Origin: Eledone cirrhosa
Taxonomy: Eukaryota
Length of the DNA stretch: 64,000 nucleotides
Direction: 5' to 3'
NCBI GenBank assembly: GCA_964016885.1
Contig: OZ024750.1
Span: forward strand, 17,856,001 to 17,920,000
The notes under the pieces are model-generated. The model ran no database searches. It was not told where the DNA came from and saw only the letters and a list, made by a program, of their open reading frames with translations. Shown here one piece after another: positions 1-13,612 of the stretch. The translations under genes and the position numbers were made by a program. The stretch's first letter is position 1; each line of letters opens with the position of its first letter.

Positions 1-372
1 ACTGACAGTACACATACAGTCTTGGTCACTCTTGCCATACTGATATATATATATAGAGAGAGAGAGAGTCTTGGTTACCACACTGACAGTACACATACAG
101 TCTTGGTCACTCTTGCCATACTGATATATATATATATAGAGAGAGAGTCTTGGTTACCACACTGACAGTACACATACAGTCTTGGTCACTCTTGCCATAC
201 TGATATATATATATATAGAGAGAGAGTCTTGGTTACCACACTGACAGTACATACAGTCTTGGTCACTCTTGCCATACTGATATATATATATATAGAGAGA
301 GAGTCTTGGTTACCACACTGACAGTACACATACAGTCTTGGTCACTCTTGCCATACTGATATATATATATAT
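1..372. repeat. Minisatellite, ~78-80 bp unit with embedded (TA)n(GA)n, ~4.5 copies (runs off window start)
   Basis: Unit gtcttggttaccacactgacagtacacatacagtcttggtcactcttgccatactga(ta)n(ga)n repeated; degenerate relatives at ~765-870 and ~1660-1775. Confidence 0.9.
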
Positions 373-373
373 A

Positions 374-484
374 TATATTGTTATACTTTGGGAGGGTCAT
401 GTTGCCAATAAGAAACACACGCACCAGTTGCTTTCACTTCAATTTATTATTGGCAACATGACCCTCCCAAAGTATAACAATATC
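374..484. mobile_element. Fold-back element with ~36-bp perfect inverted arms next to (TA)n
   Basis: tattgttatactttgggagggtcatgttgccaataa ... ttattggcaacatgaccctcccaaagtataacaata; same family at ~39074-39180 and ~45268-45340. Confidence 0.75.
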
Positions 485-673
485 TGTTTCAACACACGAT
501 TTCAGATAAAGAATCTTGCTAAACAAATTCAGAAACGAAATATATATATATATATATATATATATACGGTTCTGCTCCAAAGCATAGAGCTAATTATTAT
601 GCTGCCAATACCTTAATGGGACACGGGTATACAATACCTAACTCCTATTAACCTAAGTATTTTATTATTTTAT

Positions 674-758
<85 letters not shown>

Positions 759-898
759 GAGAGAGTTTGGGTCAGTTTAGTCACATTGGTGGTAAATATA
801 GGGAGCTGTGGTCACTGTAACCACACATTGGTGGTATATATAGAGGGTTTTAGTCAGCCTTGCCACACCCTTGCAAGCAGGGAAAAGCGGAACGTAAA

Positions 899-936
<38 letters not shown>

Positions 937-943
937 ATATATT

Positions 944-1135
944 ATAATTGTTTCTACATTTGGCACAAGGCAGCAATTACCCAGTGCATTACTGGTACTT
1001 TATTTTATCGACCCCCGTTAACGATGAAAGGCAAAGTAAACCTTGATGGGATTTGAACTCAGATCGTAAAGGGACGTAACTATACTGCAAAGCATGGCGT
1101 CCGACTCTCTACCAATACTGCCAATCCACCGCCCT
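944..1135 (-). mobile_element. tRNA-derived SINE family A
   Basis: Reverse complement of the GAGTTCAAATCC B-box, gcctttcatc..ggggtcgataaaataaagtaccag core and ccttgtgccaaa..tagaaacaat tail. Confidence 0.85.
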
Positions 1136-1298
1136 ATTATATATATATAATAAGGAATTGACAGACCCAGCGTATTTATCAATGCCAGGACCGGTTGTAT
1201 CTCAGCGTACTCAATATCTAATGTAAGATACATTCCCAGAGTATACACATAGTCATTCGCTTCAATACAACACATGTAAACGGGTGCCTATAGTAGTT

Positions 1299-1409
1299 CC
1301 CAGACTCGAGTTTCGGCCACACTTAATGCAGCAGTAGGGTGCACTGCACCCTCTGTCTGCATATATTATGCAACAATGCATAATCGGCACATGTGACTTC
1401 ATCAGCGGG
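1299..1409 (-). ncRNA. Type-I hammerhead ribozyme motif with long branched stem II
   Basis: Minus strand: cccg CTGATGA agtcacat...[two internal hairpins]...gtgtggcc GAAA C-TCGA-G TC tggg; GUC triplet, palindromic loop III, 4-bp stem I; first stem II pair is A.C. Confidence 0.7.
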
Positions 1410-1454
1410 TATCGCCTAATCAATAGCCAATCGAGAGAGAGAGAGAGAGTTTGT

Positions 1455-1660
1455 AACACGGTAAAAAAGCTCCCAGTCCATACTGTAAATCTGGTTGGTG
1501 TTAGGAAGGGCATCCAGCCATAGAAAACCTGCCAGATAGTCCTATACGAGCAAGACACCATCACCTGACCAATCTTGCCTCAAGTGGGACAACTCCGTCT
1601 AACTCATGCTAGCGTGGAAGATAGACGTTAAACGATGATGATGATGATGATGATGATGAT
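1455..1660 (+). mobile_element. SINE family B (3' part; (GAT)n tail)
   Basis: ggttggtgttaggaagggcatccagcc core and catgctagcgtggaagatagacgttaaacgatgatgat tail. Further copies at ~1780-1950(-), 2070-2280, 8050-8140(-), 25990-26290, 28850-29155, 30480-30720(-), 34460-34695, 38930-39062(-), 41070-41250, 41990-42330, 51100-51740(-), 52260-52485, 53990-54305, 61560-61770. Confidence 0.85.
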
Positions 1661-4041
1661 GGTGGTGGTAAATATAGAGGGTTTTAGTCACTATTGCCAC
1701 ACTGAGAGTATATATATAGAGAGATTTGGTCAACCTAGACACATTGGTAGTAAATATAGGGAGTTTTGGTCACTATGGATTAGATGGGTTGTCACGTTAT
1801 GAGGCAATTCAGATTAGGTGACCGTGTCTTGTTCATAAGGATCTGTATTTTGGCTGGATGCCCTTCCTAATGCCAACTACATTACAAAGTGTGGACTGGA
1901 TACTTTTTATCGAGGCACCAAAACAATCATTTCAAAGGGTCGCCAAGGTGCTTTTTCATTATGTCTCCAACCGAACCATCGTACAGGCATGATGGATTGA
2001 GTGCTTTGTAGTTATAGCATCAAATACACACACATATACATGTATATATAAATATACACATATATGTATATAACTCTGTAAAGTGATAGTGCTGGTGCCA
2101 TGATAAAATTAACCCAGTACACTCTGTAAAGTGGTTGGGATTAGAAAGAGCACCTAGCTGTAGAGGCCAATATAAATATGAACTGTATGAGCAAGATGAG
2201 GCCTTTTTGACCCATCTTAAACTGTGATAACCTGTCCAACCTATGCCAGTATGGAAAGCAGACATTTAATTATGATGATAGTATATGATAACTATATTGA
2301 GTACAGAATCAGTAGGGGTTATTTAAATACTAAATAACAGTAAGACTACTGGTCTGATGGTGTGCTCCCATCTGTATCATTATACCATGATACCATCTTA
2401 TTAACTTACCACATTCCTTACACCTATACCACACTACCACCTTTTTACCACCAACCAACTAGCCAATCAACCAATCAACAATTCACAATTAGTTTCGTGG
2501 TGCCTTCCATCTTTACCACCTTCCCTACCACCTCACCACTTACCACCTTCCCCAACTTCCCTGCCCCTCACCACCTTCCGTACCACCTTACCTACCACCT
2601 CCCCTAACACCTCACCACATTCCATAACACCTCACCACCCTCCCTGCCACCTCACCACCTTCCTACCACGTTACCACCTTCCATAACACCTCACCACCTT
2701 CCCTAACACCCCACCACATCTCTACCACCCCACCACCACCTCACCACCCTACCACCTCACCACCTTCCCTACCACCCCACACCTTACCACCTTCCCTACC
2801 ACCTCACCACCCCACTACCTTCCTCTAAACCAACCAACCAAAGTTCTACAGTCAAGAATTGATAGCTGCTGCTGTTATTGTTGTTGCTGTTCTTATTGTT
2901 GTTATTGCTGTTGTTGGTGTTGTTTTCACAAAACAAATAGAAGAACGGCATAACATGTGGTTGTAACAAATGGAGGAATAAGAGGAGAAGGTGAAATAGA
3001 AAGAATGTGCTCCTCTCCACCCATGCCCTCCAGCTGAGAACCAATCATAGGTAAAATAGACGAGATAGTTAACTGACAGATCTGAGACAAACAACAGGAA
3101 GACATGATGGAATAAAATTAGGTAACATCAATGTCTGTTTGAGGTTCTTTCACCTCTGACCTTTTACTTATTTCACAGACAGACATGGACACACACACAC
3201 ACAGGCACACACACATAGAACAGAGACACAGACAGACATGGACTCACACACACACACACACAACAGACACAGACTCACACACACACACACACAACAGAGA
3301 CACAGACAGACATGGACTCACACACACACACACAACAGAGACACAGACATACAAAAAACACAGGCACAAAATCAGACAGGCAGATATACAGCTACAGAGA
3401 GAGAGAGAGAGAGAGAGAGAGATATACACATAGAGAGAGAGAGAGATACATACACACAAACAGGGAGATGCATATATATACACACACAGATATACACATA
3501 CACACACAGATAGATATACACATAGAGAGAGAGAGAAATACATACACACAAACAGGGAGATGGATATATATACACACACACACAGATAGATATACACATA
3601 CACACACATACACACACACAGATAGATATACACATACACACACACACACACACAGATAGATATACACATACACACACACACACAAACACACAGATAGATA
3701 TACACATACACACAAACAGAGAGATAGATATATTTTCAAATTCAAATGTTATTTACACAATGTAAATAATCTTCTCCACCCCAAGCTCAATTTCCTTTTA
3801 CACCTGTCCATAATAAACAATACAGTCCTATAGTGCCACACCTGTAAACAGTGTTGTCCTGTAGTGTGACACCTATAAACTCAGTTATAGTGACTTCAAC
3901 TGGAGGTAAAACTGAAATTTGATAGTCTACAGAGAAATAAATAGAAAAGACACTTGCTTACATGTGTCAGTGTTCTATATAAACAAGATTTTTCTGTCTA
4001 TAAGGGGTACTTTAACTGATTTTCTGAGCTATTCTTTATAG

Positions 4042-4518
4042 CAGAGGTTCTGAAAGTGTGCGCTACTACCCCTGGGCGTTGAGAAGGTCCAAGAGAGCAC
4101 TGGGGGGGGGGGGGTAGAGATGATATGATAGTATATTAGATATCAAATGATACATATTATATATAAATATCTTGGTTGTCCATCATAAACAATGATGACA
4201 TCTTTATTTTAGTTCCCATCTGCCATGGGCACCACGAAGGTGGCTGTAGAGGCCAAACCTTGACTTGCAGGTCTGGGGACAGTGGGGGCAGGGGAAGAGA
4301 CCGGAGTCGCTTGGGGCAAATATAGTAAAATAAAAAATACATAATATTTATTTATACATAGTATATATTATATTATTTATTATATATAAGTTAACGATTT
4401 TATTATTATTTACAATTTGCATGTAGGCAGGTCTTTCTGGAAACAGGATTTGGGGGGACACTAAGGGTATTATGTGGCCATGAGAGGGATGGTGGACAAA
4501 AACGTTTGAGAACCTCTG
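4042..4518. mobile_element. Non-autonomous hAT-type DNA transposon (MITE)
   Basis: TIRs cagaggttctgaaa / tttgagaacctctg; 8-bp TSD ctttatag / gtttatag (7/8). Confidence 0.8.
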
Positions 4519-4649
4519 GTTTATAGCAATCGACTGTGGCTACAGTTATTTCTGCATTTGAAATTCCTACATCTCTAAGAATATATCAGCATATTTATTT
4601 ACACAATTACACAGATATAGTTAAATGTTATGTTTCTGTGCAGATATGT

Positions 4650-4836
4650 ATTGGATTGGCAGTATCGGTAGAGGGTCTGACATCATGCTTTACAGCAAAG
4701 AGTTACGGCCCTTTATGGTCTGAGTTCAAGTCCCGCCGAGGTTAACTTTGCCTCTCATCCTTACGGGGTCGATAAAATAAAGTACCAGTAATACACTGGG
4801 ATAATTGCTGGCCTTGTGCCAAAAGTAGAAACAATT
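4650..4836 (+). mobile_element. tRNA-derived SINE family A
   Basis: ggattggcagtatcggtag head, gagttcaagtcc B-box, ggggtcgataaaataaagtaccag core. Confidence 0.85.
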
Positions 4837-6198
4837 GTATATCTCATTTGAATTAGTTATCAGTGTAAACACTACTGATATGCAAATTGAAATCTCCAGT
4901 CAGCTAATACTACCATATTCGTTTACTATTTCTCAGTGGACATAGAAAGGTGTACACAATCTCTGAAAGTGGCTCCAACAAGAGTTGAAACTGGAGCCTG
5001 AGTGTTCACTGTGCTTCGTAGAAACAACATGTCTACAAATGTTAGTGTATATATTTACACATTTAGATAGCTTTATAGTTAAATGGTGTATACATATCTG
5101 TTTGTATACAGATATGTATACAGTATTGATGTTAACTGAAAACAAACAGAGGCCCTGCATGGAACAAACTACCTGCATCAGTTGTTAGCTGTTGGGACAC
5201 TGCATCCTTCAAAACTTCTATGCTTCCAGAAATTCACCTACTCTACACCTGATATTCTGCTTCTGTATGTACACATGCATGTATCTGTGTGTATATCATG
5301 ACTTATTACACTGTTCACTCTCCTGACATTTGAACATTGTTCTATGTACTATACATGCACCTTTGATGAATTGTAGTGCACCTAAGCACTGTACACCTGA
5401 TATTCTGCCTCCATACACACACACACACACGTATGTATCTGTGTGTATATCATGACTCATACATTGTTCTCTCTCCTGACATTTATACATTATTCTATGT
5501 GTACTATACATGCACCTTTGATGAATTGTATTGCACCTGAGCATTGTACACAATAGTTTTCATTATTATAAAGGGTGAGAGAAAAAAACAAAAACAGGAA
5601 GGAGAGTTGAACCATAACCAACAAGTACACACAAGTAGCAGTGGTGGATACAAATATACAAAAGAGAAAAAGGAAACATTGGTGGCCATCAAAGGTGACC
5701 CACTTGAAATGTTTCCAATTTATTGGTGCCAGGTTGTTTTGTAAACAGAAACAAAGAAAAACATATCTACACCTTGTTAGACCAGTCAGACAGACACTAA
5801 TGAATGATGTCATTTATTTTAATGCAAAAATGACTCATCATCAGCCCACCCCCCCCTCATCCATCCCTGCCCAACCATCAACACCACCACCATCTACCCC
5901 AACCATAAGCACCACCACCACCATTACCAACACCTCACCACCAACAACAACTTCACCAACACTATCTTCACACCACACCACCATCCACCACCAACAACAA
6001 CACTACCTCACCACCACCACCATTACCACCACCACCACCACCACCACCAACAACACAACTTCACCACCTACCATCCATACCCATCACTACCATCTCAACA
6101 GCCATCATCACTATCGCAAAAGTAAGAAGGAATGACAAAAAATAGACGAAAAGGTCACACATACACACACACACACACACACATGCGTGTATATATAT

Positions 6199-6240
<42 letters not shown>

Positions 6241-6666
6241 TCTGACATATATATAACTATCTGTCGTGTGTGTGTGTGTGTGTGTATGTACATATGTATA
6301 TATATACATGTGTTATGTGGAATTGTAGATTCATTCAGCTCCCTGACAGACACACGTTAACCTTAGTCTCATCATCATCATCATCATCATCATAGTCATC
6401 ACAGTCAGGCAATGTCTCTCTTACACACATATATATATATATATATATAATACACACACACATGTGATATATACACTATATATATTTATAAATAAACTAT
6501 ATACACTATATATATTTATAAATATACTATATATATATATATACACACACTATATATTTATAAATATACTATATATATATATATATATATACACTATATA
6601 TATTTATAAATATACTATATAGAGTATATATATATATATATATATATACATACACACACACACACA

Positions 6667-6702
<36 letters not shown>

Positions 6703-6929
6703 TTTATATATTCACATATGTAGGTGTATCTGTGTATATTGCCAAGGGTAAAGAAGAGCTGGTGTGGTGGTGGCACAATAGCGGCAGTGGTGGTGGGGTC
6801 CCACAGTTGTTATCACCCAAATACTTAAGTGACATGCTATACTGGTGTCTCTTTCTAGAGCCGTCCAAGTCACGTGACACACCGGCCGTTGTTTACCAAG
6901 CAAATAGTACACAGCTTTTATATATGCAC

Positions 6930-7380
6930 ACACACACACTTAAATACTCACGCATTTACACTCATACTTACACACATACATACATACACACACTCACGCT
7001 TAAATACACACGTATTTACACTCACACTGACACACATACATACTCACACTTAAATACACACGTATTTACACTCACACTTACACACATACATACATACACA
7101 CACTGACACTTAAATACACACGTATTTACACTCATACTTACACACATACATACATACACACTTAAATACTCACGCATTTACACTCATACTTACACACATA
7201 CATACATACACACACATACACACTTAAATACTCACGCAATTACACTCATACTTACACACATACATACATACACACACATACACACTTAAATACTCACGCA
7301 TTTACACTCATACTTACACACATTCATACACACACTCACACTTAAATACACACGTATTTACACTCATACTTACACACATA
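6930..7380. repeat. CA-rich minisatellite (~45-60 bp unit)
   Basis: Recurrent cacttaaatac(a/t)cacg(t/c)atttacactcatacttacacacatacat. Confidence 0.85.
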
Positions 7381-8529
7381 CATACACACATACACACACT
7401 CTCACACGTATACTCACCCTCACAATTACATATACACACACACTCACACATATAGACACACACCGTCACACTTATGCACATCCTCACAATTACATATACA
7501 CACACCCTAACATTCCCACTATCTCTCTCCCCATCTCTCTCACACAATTACTCCTCTCTCAATTATACTACTCTCTCTCTGTACTACTTCCACCTTCTCT
7601 TTTCACACATACAAACACACGCGTGCCCCCTCTTTCCCCCACTCCTTCATTCATACTCTATCCCTCTCTCTTCTTTCTACATAGCTTTCTTAGTCTTTCT
7701 TTCACACTCTCACATTTATTCTTTTTCTTTATACTTTCTTTTTGTCTACGTAATCTTATATCATATTTATGCCCCCCTCTCTCTCTCTACCTCTCTCGCC
7801 CTATGTCCTCTCTCTCTACCTCTCTCGCCCTATGTCTCTCTCTCTACCTCTCTTGTCCTGTGTCTCTCTACCTCTCATTCACTCTCACCTTCTCTCTCTC
7901 TCCCCCATTACTCTCTCTCTCCCCCATTACTCTCTCTCTCTCCTCCTCTCTGGTATCACAACAAATACACACACATATGTATGTGCACAAACGCTCTGTC
8001 TGTCTCTCTCTCACACACACATAAATACATACATACATATATACACATATCGTATTTACGTCAACTTTTCCTAGCTGGCATGGGTCCGGATAGGACTTTT
8101 TGAGGCAATGTTTTACAGCCAGATGTCCTTCTTGACAATATCAAGACAAAGACGACCTTATAACACGCCGTCGTGATATCTGGTGTATATCTTTGGGAGC
8201 CATTTTAAAAATTTGGAGGAGCCTACTCCCTCCCCAGGTGTGAACAAATCCGATATTTCTTGAGCCTGAATTATATTATAAACACATGAACAAATACGTG
8301 ACCTGTGATCTTTTATCTTCCCTATCGATTTTGTCCCTCCATATTTTACTTAGAACAATAAATTTCGTAAATCCTTTAGGTCACATCTGCAGTATTAAGT
8401 CATGTTTGTTTATGTTAATCTCTCTTTTAATATATATATAGTAGGCGAGGTTGATATAATTACTGTAGACATTACAGCCAGAATATGAATATCTGACCAA
8501 TTGGGTGTGTGTGCTGTTTCATATATATG

Positions 8530-8899
8530 CGAGGGTCAGTTGAAAGGTTGATGGGCTGACCAAGGCTAATCTGCCATTTTCTAAAATCCCCAAATGGGGG
8601 AGAAATGGGGCAAAATTGAGAGATTTTACATAATGAAAGCTATACCCATTTTCACAAGAGAAGAAAGACATCTCTCCCCCACCCCAAAGTGTGTGGGAGA
8701 TCTCCCCGTCGGCCGAGGAGAGTTGACAGGTCTGTCTCATGGAATGACGAAATGAGGTTTATTTTTCAACATAGTCCCTAGAAAGAAACAATGAAGTTGT
8801 TAACAAGAAGTGTTAACATTAATACATGCAAGATTTCACAGCTCTAGCTAGCATCACTCTTTTATGGTCAGTCAATGAACTTTGAGCGGCTGACCCTCG
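8530..8899. mobile_element. Mariner-type non-autonomous element
   Basis: Imperfect TIRs cgagggtcagttgaaaggttgatgggctgacca / tggtcagtcaatgaacttttgagcggctgaccctcg; internal tttatttttcaacatagtccc motif typical of mariner subterminal regions; no transposase ORF. Confidence 0.7.
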
Positions 8900-9700
8900 A
8901 ATGTTAATATTATGCTTCCATCATTATTCAATCATTTCAACTTTTGTAGGGAATTCTGTAGAATATACATAGGTTATTTACTAATGTTTTTCTATCTAAT
9001 TTTATTATGTGTGGTTCATGAAGAGCATTGTAATGTAATTGTTCTTTTGTTGGAAGCATATAATGATATGGCAGATACAGGATCAAAGACGTTCCATTCG
9101 TGAGCATCACGTCTTTTTCTTTGTATAGCAGAGATTAAAGAAGATTTCGTGCGGCTTTTAGACATGATCGGGCAGATCTCTTGATTATAAAAACCTTTCC
9201 AGGCGTGACCATTCCATTACTTTTTTTTTTCAATATTATGGATCAGTGTGAACTTTGTATCGCTGTAAAAGTATTATCTCCTTTGCTTAGACTTGGTCCA
9301 GCACATGTATGACCAAAGGCGTTCCAGCCCGTAACCATCATGTGTTATTTTCAATATATAGTAGTGACTACATTGTCCAAATGTATCCATTGTTTAAGAC
9401 TAGCTGCTATTTACGGGAGATTTAGCTGCTTTTTCTAATCGGCTGACAATGTCGCTGTTATATAGGTAGTGTCAAACGACAAAAGAACTTTGTATATATA
9501 GAGATAGATGGCGGAGGTTAAGAATGAGATAAGAGAGAAAATTTAATTAAACAAGCGAAAAGAGATGGCTAGGTGATTAAAAATAGAAAATACATAAATA
9601 GCTCCGTTGGCAGGCTTGTTTGTGTGTGTGTTTGTATGGTCATGTGTCGTGTGTGTTTGTATGGTCATGTGTCATTCTGTGATGTTGTGGTCATATGTCG

Positions 9701-9761
<61 letters not shown>

Positions 9762-10224
9762 TGTGTGTGTTTGTATGTATATGTCGTGGTCGTATGTTGA
9801 TGTCTGCTACGGTAGAGAGAGAACAAAAAACTGTGATATGCTGCTGACCTAATACTATTTCATAAATATGTTGCTAGTGGTAATAATTATAAAGGTTTAG
9901 GCCCAGGATCCTCTAATTGGGTTTCTTTATATTTATTATGGTATGCAATTCAATTAAGGTGGTGACGTATCATGGGGTGTAGTCTACGTAACGTGGTCGA
10001 GAAACAACACAAGGGGTCCATTTATATATGTAACTAGCTCACCTATTTCAACGCATGTGTGAACCTCGTAACTCCTGATGGAGTTGTATGCGTATGGGCG
10101 ACATAGATAGAAACTTGCACAGTATCTTGGACATTTAAACCTGATCTGAACACAGCTGATTTCTTCCAGAGAGAGAGAGAGAGCTGAAGAGGGGAAAGGG
10201 AGTGATATAGAGGAAGAACCAACA

Positions 10225-11040
10225 CCGATACTGGACTGGTACTTTTTTATCAACTTCAAAAAGGATGGAAGGCAGGATTTTGAACTCAGAGAGCGTAAAG
10301 TCGTGAATTTGGCAGGATTTGAGCTCAGATAGCGTAGAGAGCCGTGAATTTGCAGGATTTGAGCTCAGATAGCGTAGAGAGCCGTGAATTTGGCAGGATT
10401 TGAGCTCAGATAGCGTAGAGAGCCGTGAATTTGGTAGGATTTGAGCTCAGATAGCGTAGAGAGCCGTGAATTTGGCAGATTTGAGCTCAGATAGCGTAGA
10501 GAGCCGTGAATTGGCAGATTTGAGCTCAGATAGCGTAGAGAGCCGTGAATTTGGCAGGATTTGAGCTCAGATAGCGTAGAGAGCCGTGAATTTGGCAGGA
10601 TTTGAGCTCAGATAGCGTAGAGAGCCGTGAACTTGGTCGGATTTGAACTCAGATAGCGTAGAGAGCCGTGAATTTGGCAGGATTTGAGCTCAGATAGCGT
10701 AGAGAGCCGTGAACTTGGTAGGATTTGAACTCATATAGCGTAGAGAGCCGTGAACTTGGTCGGATTTGAACTCATATAGCGTAGAGAGCCGTGAACTTGG
10801 TAGGATTTGAACTCATATAGCGTAGAGAGCCGTGAACTTGGTAGGATTTGAACTCATATAGCGTAGAGAGCCGTGAACCTTGGTAGGATTTGAACTCATA
10901 TAGCGTAGAGAGCCGTGAACTTGGTAGGATTTGAACTCATATAGCGTAGAGAGCCGTGAACTTGGTCGGATTTGAACTCATATAGCGTAGAGAGCCGTGT
11001 CTATTTGACGTCCTAACGATTCTGCCAACTCTCAGCATCA
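10225..11040 (-). repeat. SINE A copy whose B-box segment is expanded into a 41-bp tandem array (~18 units, ~10270-10998)
   Basis: Unit ttggcaggatttga(g/a)ctca(g/t)atagcgtagagagccgtgaa(t/c); SINE core on the left (ctggtacttttttatcaac..aaggatggaaggca) and SINE head on the right (ctaacgattctgccaactc). Confidence 0.85.
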
Positions 11041-11194
11041 CTTGAAACGTACGGCCATAAAAAAATAAAAAATGTGTGTGTGTATACATTATATACATTA
11101 AAAGTAAAAAAGATCTCATTGAAAAATTTCTACCACACAATATATGTATGAAAATATTTTTTGTACTTAAAATACTAGTCAGTGCTTTTGGTTA

Positions 11195-11231
<37 letters not shown>

Positions 11232-11472
11232 GTGTGTGTGTATGTAATTTTTTTTTTTCTTTATCGAATCTACATGGTGTCAAGTGCCCATTATTAACAG
11301 TTCATGCATGGCGCCCGCAAGAGAGAAGTAATGAGAGCGTGAAAGAGAAAAAGAGAAAAAGTAAAACCATTGAGTGGGGGAGAGAGAGAGTAAAACCCGT
11401 TTCTCTTTCCAATCATCTTGTTTTGATTTTTATGCTTTCTTTCTTTCTCTATTTATTTACTTATTTACTATT

Positions 11473-11521
<49 letters not shown>

Positions 11522-11643
11522 TCAGTTCCTTCATCTGAGATCAGCATTTTATATTTTTTTTTATTATGATATCGTAATATCTTATATTAAATATGCCTCC
11601 ATCCATTATTGTGCAGCAGCAGCAGCAGCAGTAGTAGTAGTTT

Positions 11644-11674
<31 letters not shown>

Positions 11675-12055
11675 TAGTAAGAGTAAGAGAAGCAAGGGTA
11701 GAGGTTGAGGAGGTGGTGGTGGTGGTGCAGATGGATTCGATGGCGGCATCAATATGAGCCCCAAGGACGGAGGTTTTTACAAAGTGGGATCACTCAATGT
11801 GATAAATAGAAGAAGTAGCAGCCAAATTCTCCAATCATGCTCTACAGTTTTTTTTTAATTAAGGATAAATGCATATTTATATTATATAAAGCAATCCTTA
11901 TATTCGCCGGTCTAGAAACATAATTACTTGTGTTTCACCCATTACGGCGTTCCTGAGCACGACCTGCAGGATCACAGCTTGAGACTCACGTGTGTATGGC
12001 TGATGTGTGTGTGTGTGTGTGTGTGTGCGTTAATATATATATACGGAAATACTTA

Positions 12056-12099
<44 letters not shown>

Positions 12100-12218
12100 G
12101 CATTGTCTTGGATACATTTGTCTAACTGCTTTGTGTACGCTCTGACCGGTTCTTTTGGCAACCATTTTGTCATTGAGCGATTACCAGACTATAAAATCGA
12201 TATTATTGTTGGTGTCAA

Positions 12219-12418
12219 GGGGCGGTGGATTGGCACTATCAGTAGATGGTCGGACGGACACCATGCTTTACAGCATAGAGTTACGGCCCTTGCCATTCTG
12301 AGTTCAAATCCCGCCGAGGTTAACTTTGTCTTTCATTCTTACGGGGTCGATAAAATAAAGTACCAGTAATGCACTGGAATAATTGCTGGCCTTGTGCCAA
12401 AAGTAGAAACGATTATTA
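12219..12418 (+). mobile_element. tRNA-derived SINE family A, near full length
   Basis: ggggcggtggattggc head, ctgagttcaaatcccgccgagg B-box, conserved core and tail. Confidence 0.9.
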
Positions 12419-12422
12419 TTGG

Positions 12423-12454
<32 letters not shown>

Positions 12455-13417
12455 ATGTATATGTATATATGTGTGTATGTATTGTCATGGTTGAGCTCAA
12501 TTTGGTTTCTTTGGTGGGTAAGTGTAGGATTTAAGAATGTTTGAAGACAGAGTAGGAAAATGGATGATCTTGTTCGTAAGAGGGAATGGGTTGTTCTGAC
12601 ATTCATCCATTTCCTAAGAGGCTCTTTTGGTTTAAGAATGAAATAAAGTGAAGTGGTTTTATCCGGGTGGGGGATGGGGTAGAAGAAAACGGTTGAAACT
12701 AGGTCACACACTACATACGATATTTAAGCTGTGAACTCTTCTTATTGTAGTTGATGATGATGATTGTGGGGTTGGGGATAACTGATGATGATGATGTTTA
12801 GCCCCTGGTCTGTCTTGATCAAGCACATAGATGTTCCACCCCCCTCACTATCAAAAACTTTTTATAATCTATAAAGTATAAAGGATTACATTTGAGCGAG
12901 ATTTGGGTTGGTATTTCTAGCAGATTGAGCGACCACTTAGGGGGGGGGGGTCACTCAATCATTAGCTCCTGCATTTCTAGTATAGGGACATGGGTTGCAA
13001 AAGTTGCAGTAGGGGAGAGAGTACCATCACCACCACCAGCAGCACCATCACCAGCAGCACCATTGCCACCAGCAGCACCATCGCCACAATCAGCACCATC
13101 ACCACCACCTTCACCACCAGCACCATCGCCATCACTACCGCCACCACCACCAGCACTATCGCCACTTCATTGAACCTCAGTTAACTTATTAAACTTATTA
13201 ACTATCACAAGTCTTGACAAGAATGGTGGAGAGACATATATAATGGTCGACTGATTGTGTGTGTATATACATGTGTGTTGGTGTGTGTGTGTGTGTGTAT
13301 TGGTGTGAGTGTTGGTGTATTGGTGTGAGTGTTGGTGTGTTGGCGTGTGTGTGTATCCCGAGTTAAATCGGAGGTAAACACAGTAAATAAGGTACTCAAT
13401 ACATTAGTAGAGTGTGA

Positions 13418-13612
13418 ACGGTGGATTGGCAGTAGAGGCTCGGACGCCATGCTTTGCAGCAAAGAGTTACGGCCCTTGCCATTCTGAGTTCAAATCCCGC
13501 CGAGGTTAACTTTGCCTTTCATCCTTACGGGGTCGATAAAATAAAGTACCAGTAATGCACTGGGCAATTGCTGGCTAATTGCTGGCCTTGTGCCAAAAGT
13601 AGAAACGATTAT
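13418..13612 (+). mobile_element. tRNA-derived SINE family A inserted into an older element
   Basis: Matches the 12219 and 17802 copies; its flanks join into the 16032-type element. Confidence 0.85.

Larger units (their letters stand above)
3558..5918 (+). repeat. Segment duplicated near-identically at 21952-24308
   Basis: Colinear unique sequence, including the same hAT MITE and SINE, with only scattered substitutions and small indels. Confidence 0.95.

Noticed and set aside
2852-3081. Possible minus-strand exon after a good acceptor (tcttcctgttgtttgtctcag)
   Set aside because: No frame resembles RCAN or a known family, and it runs into a microsatellite. Cannot be excluded as a non-coding or terminal exon.
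10047-10133. Peptide RIQLHQELRGSHMR resembling RCAN RIxLHxxE
   Set aside because: Flanked by stops and lacks the FxSFRR and YFAQ context; likely coincidence.
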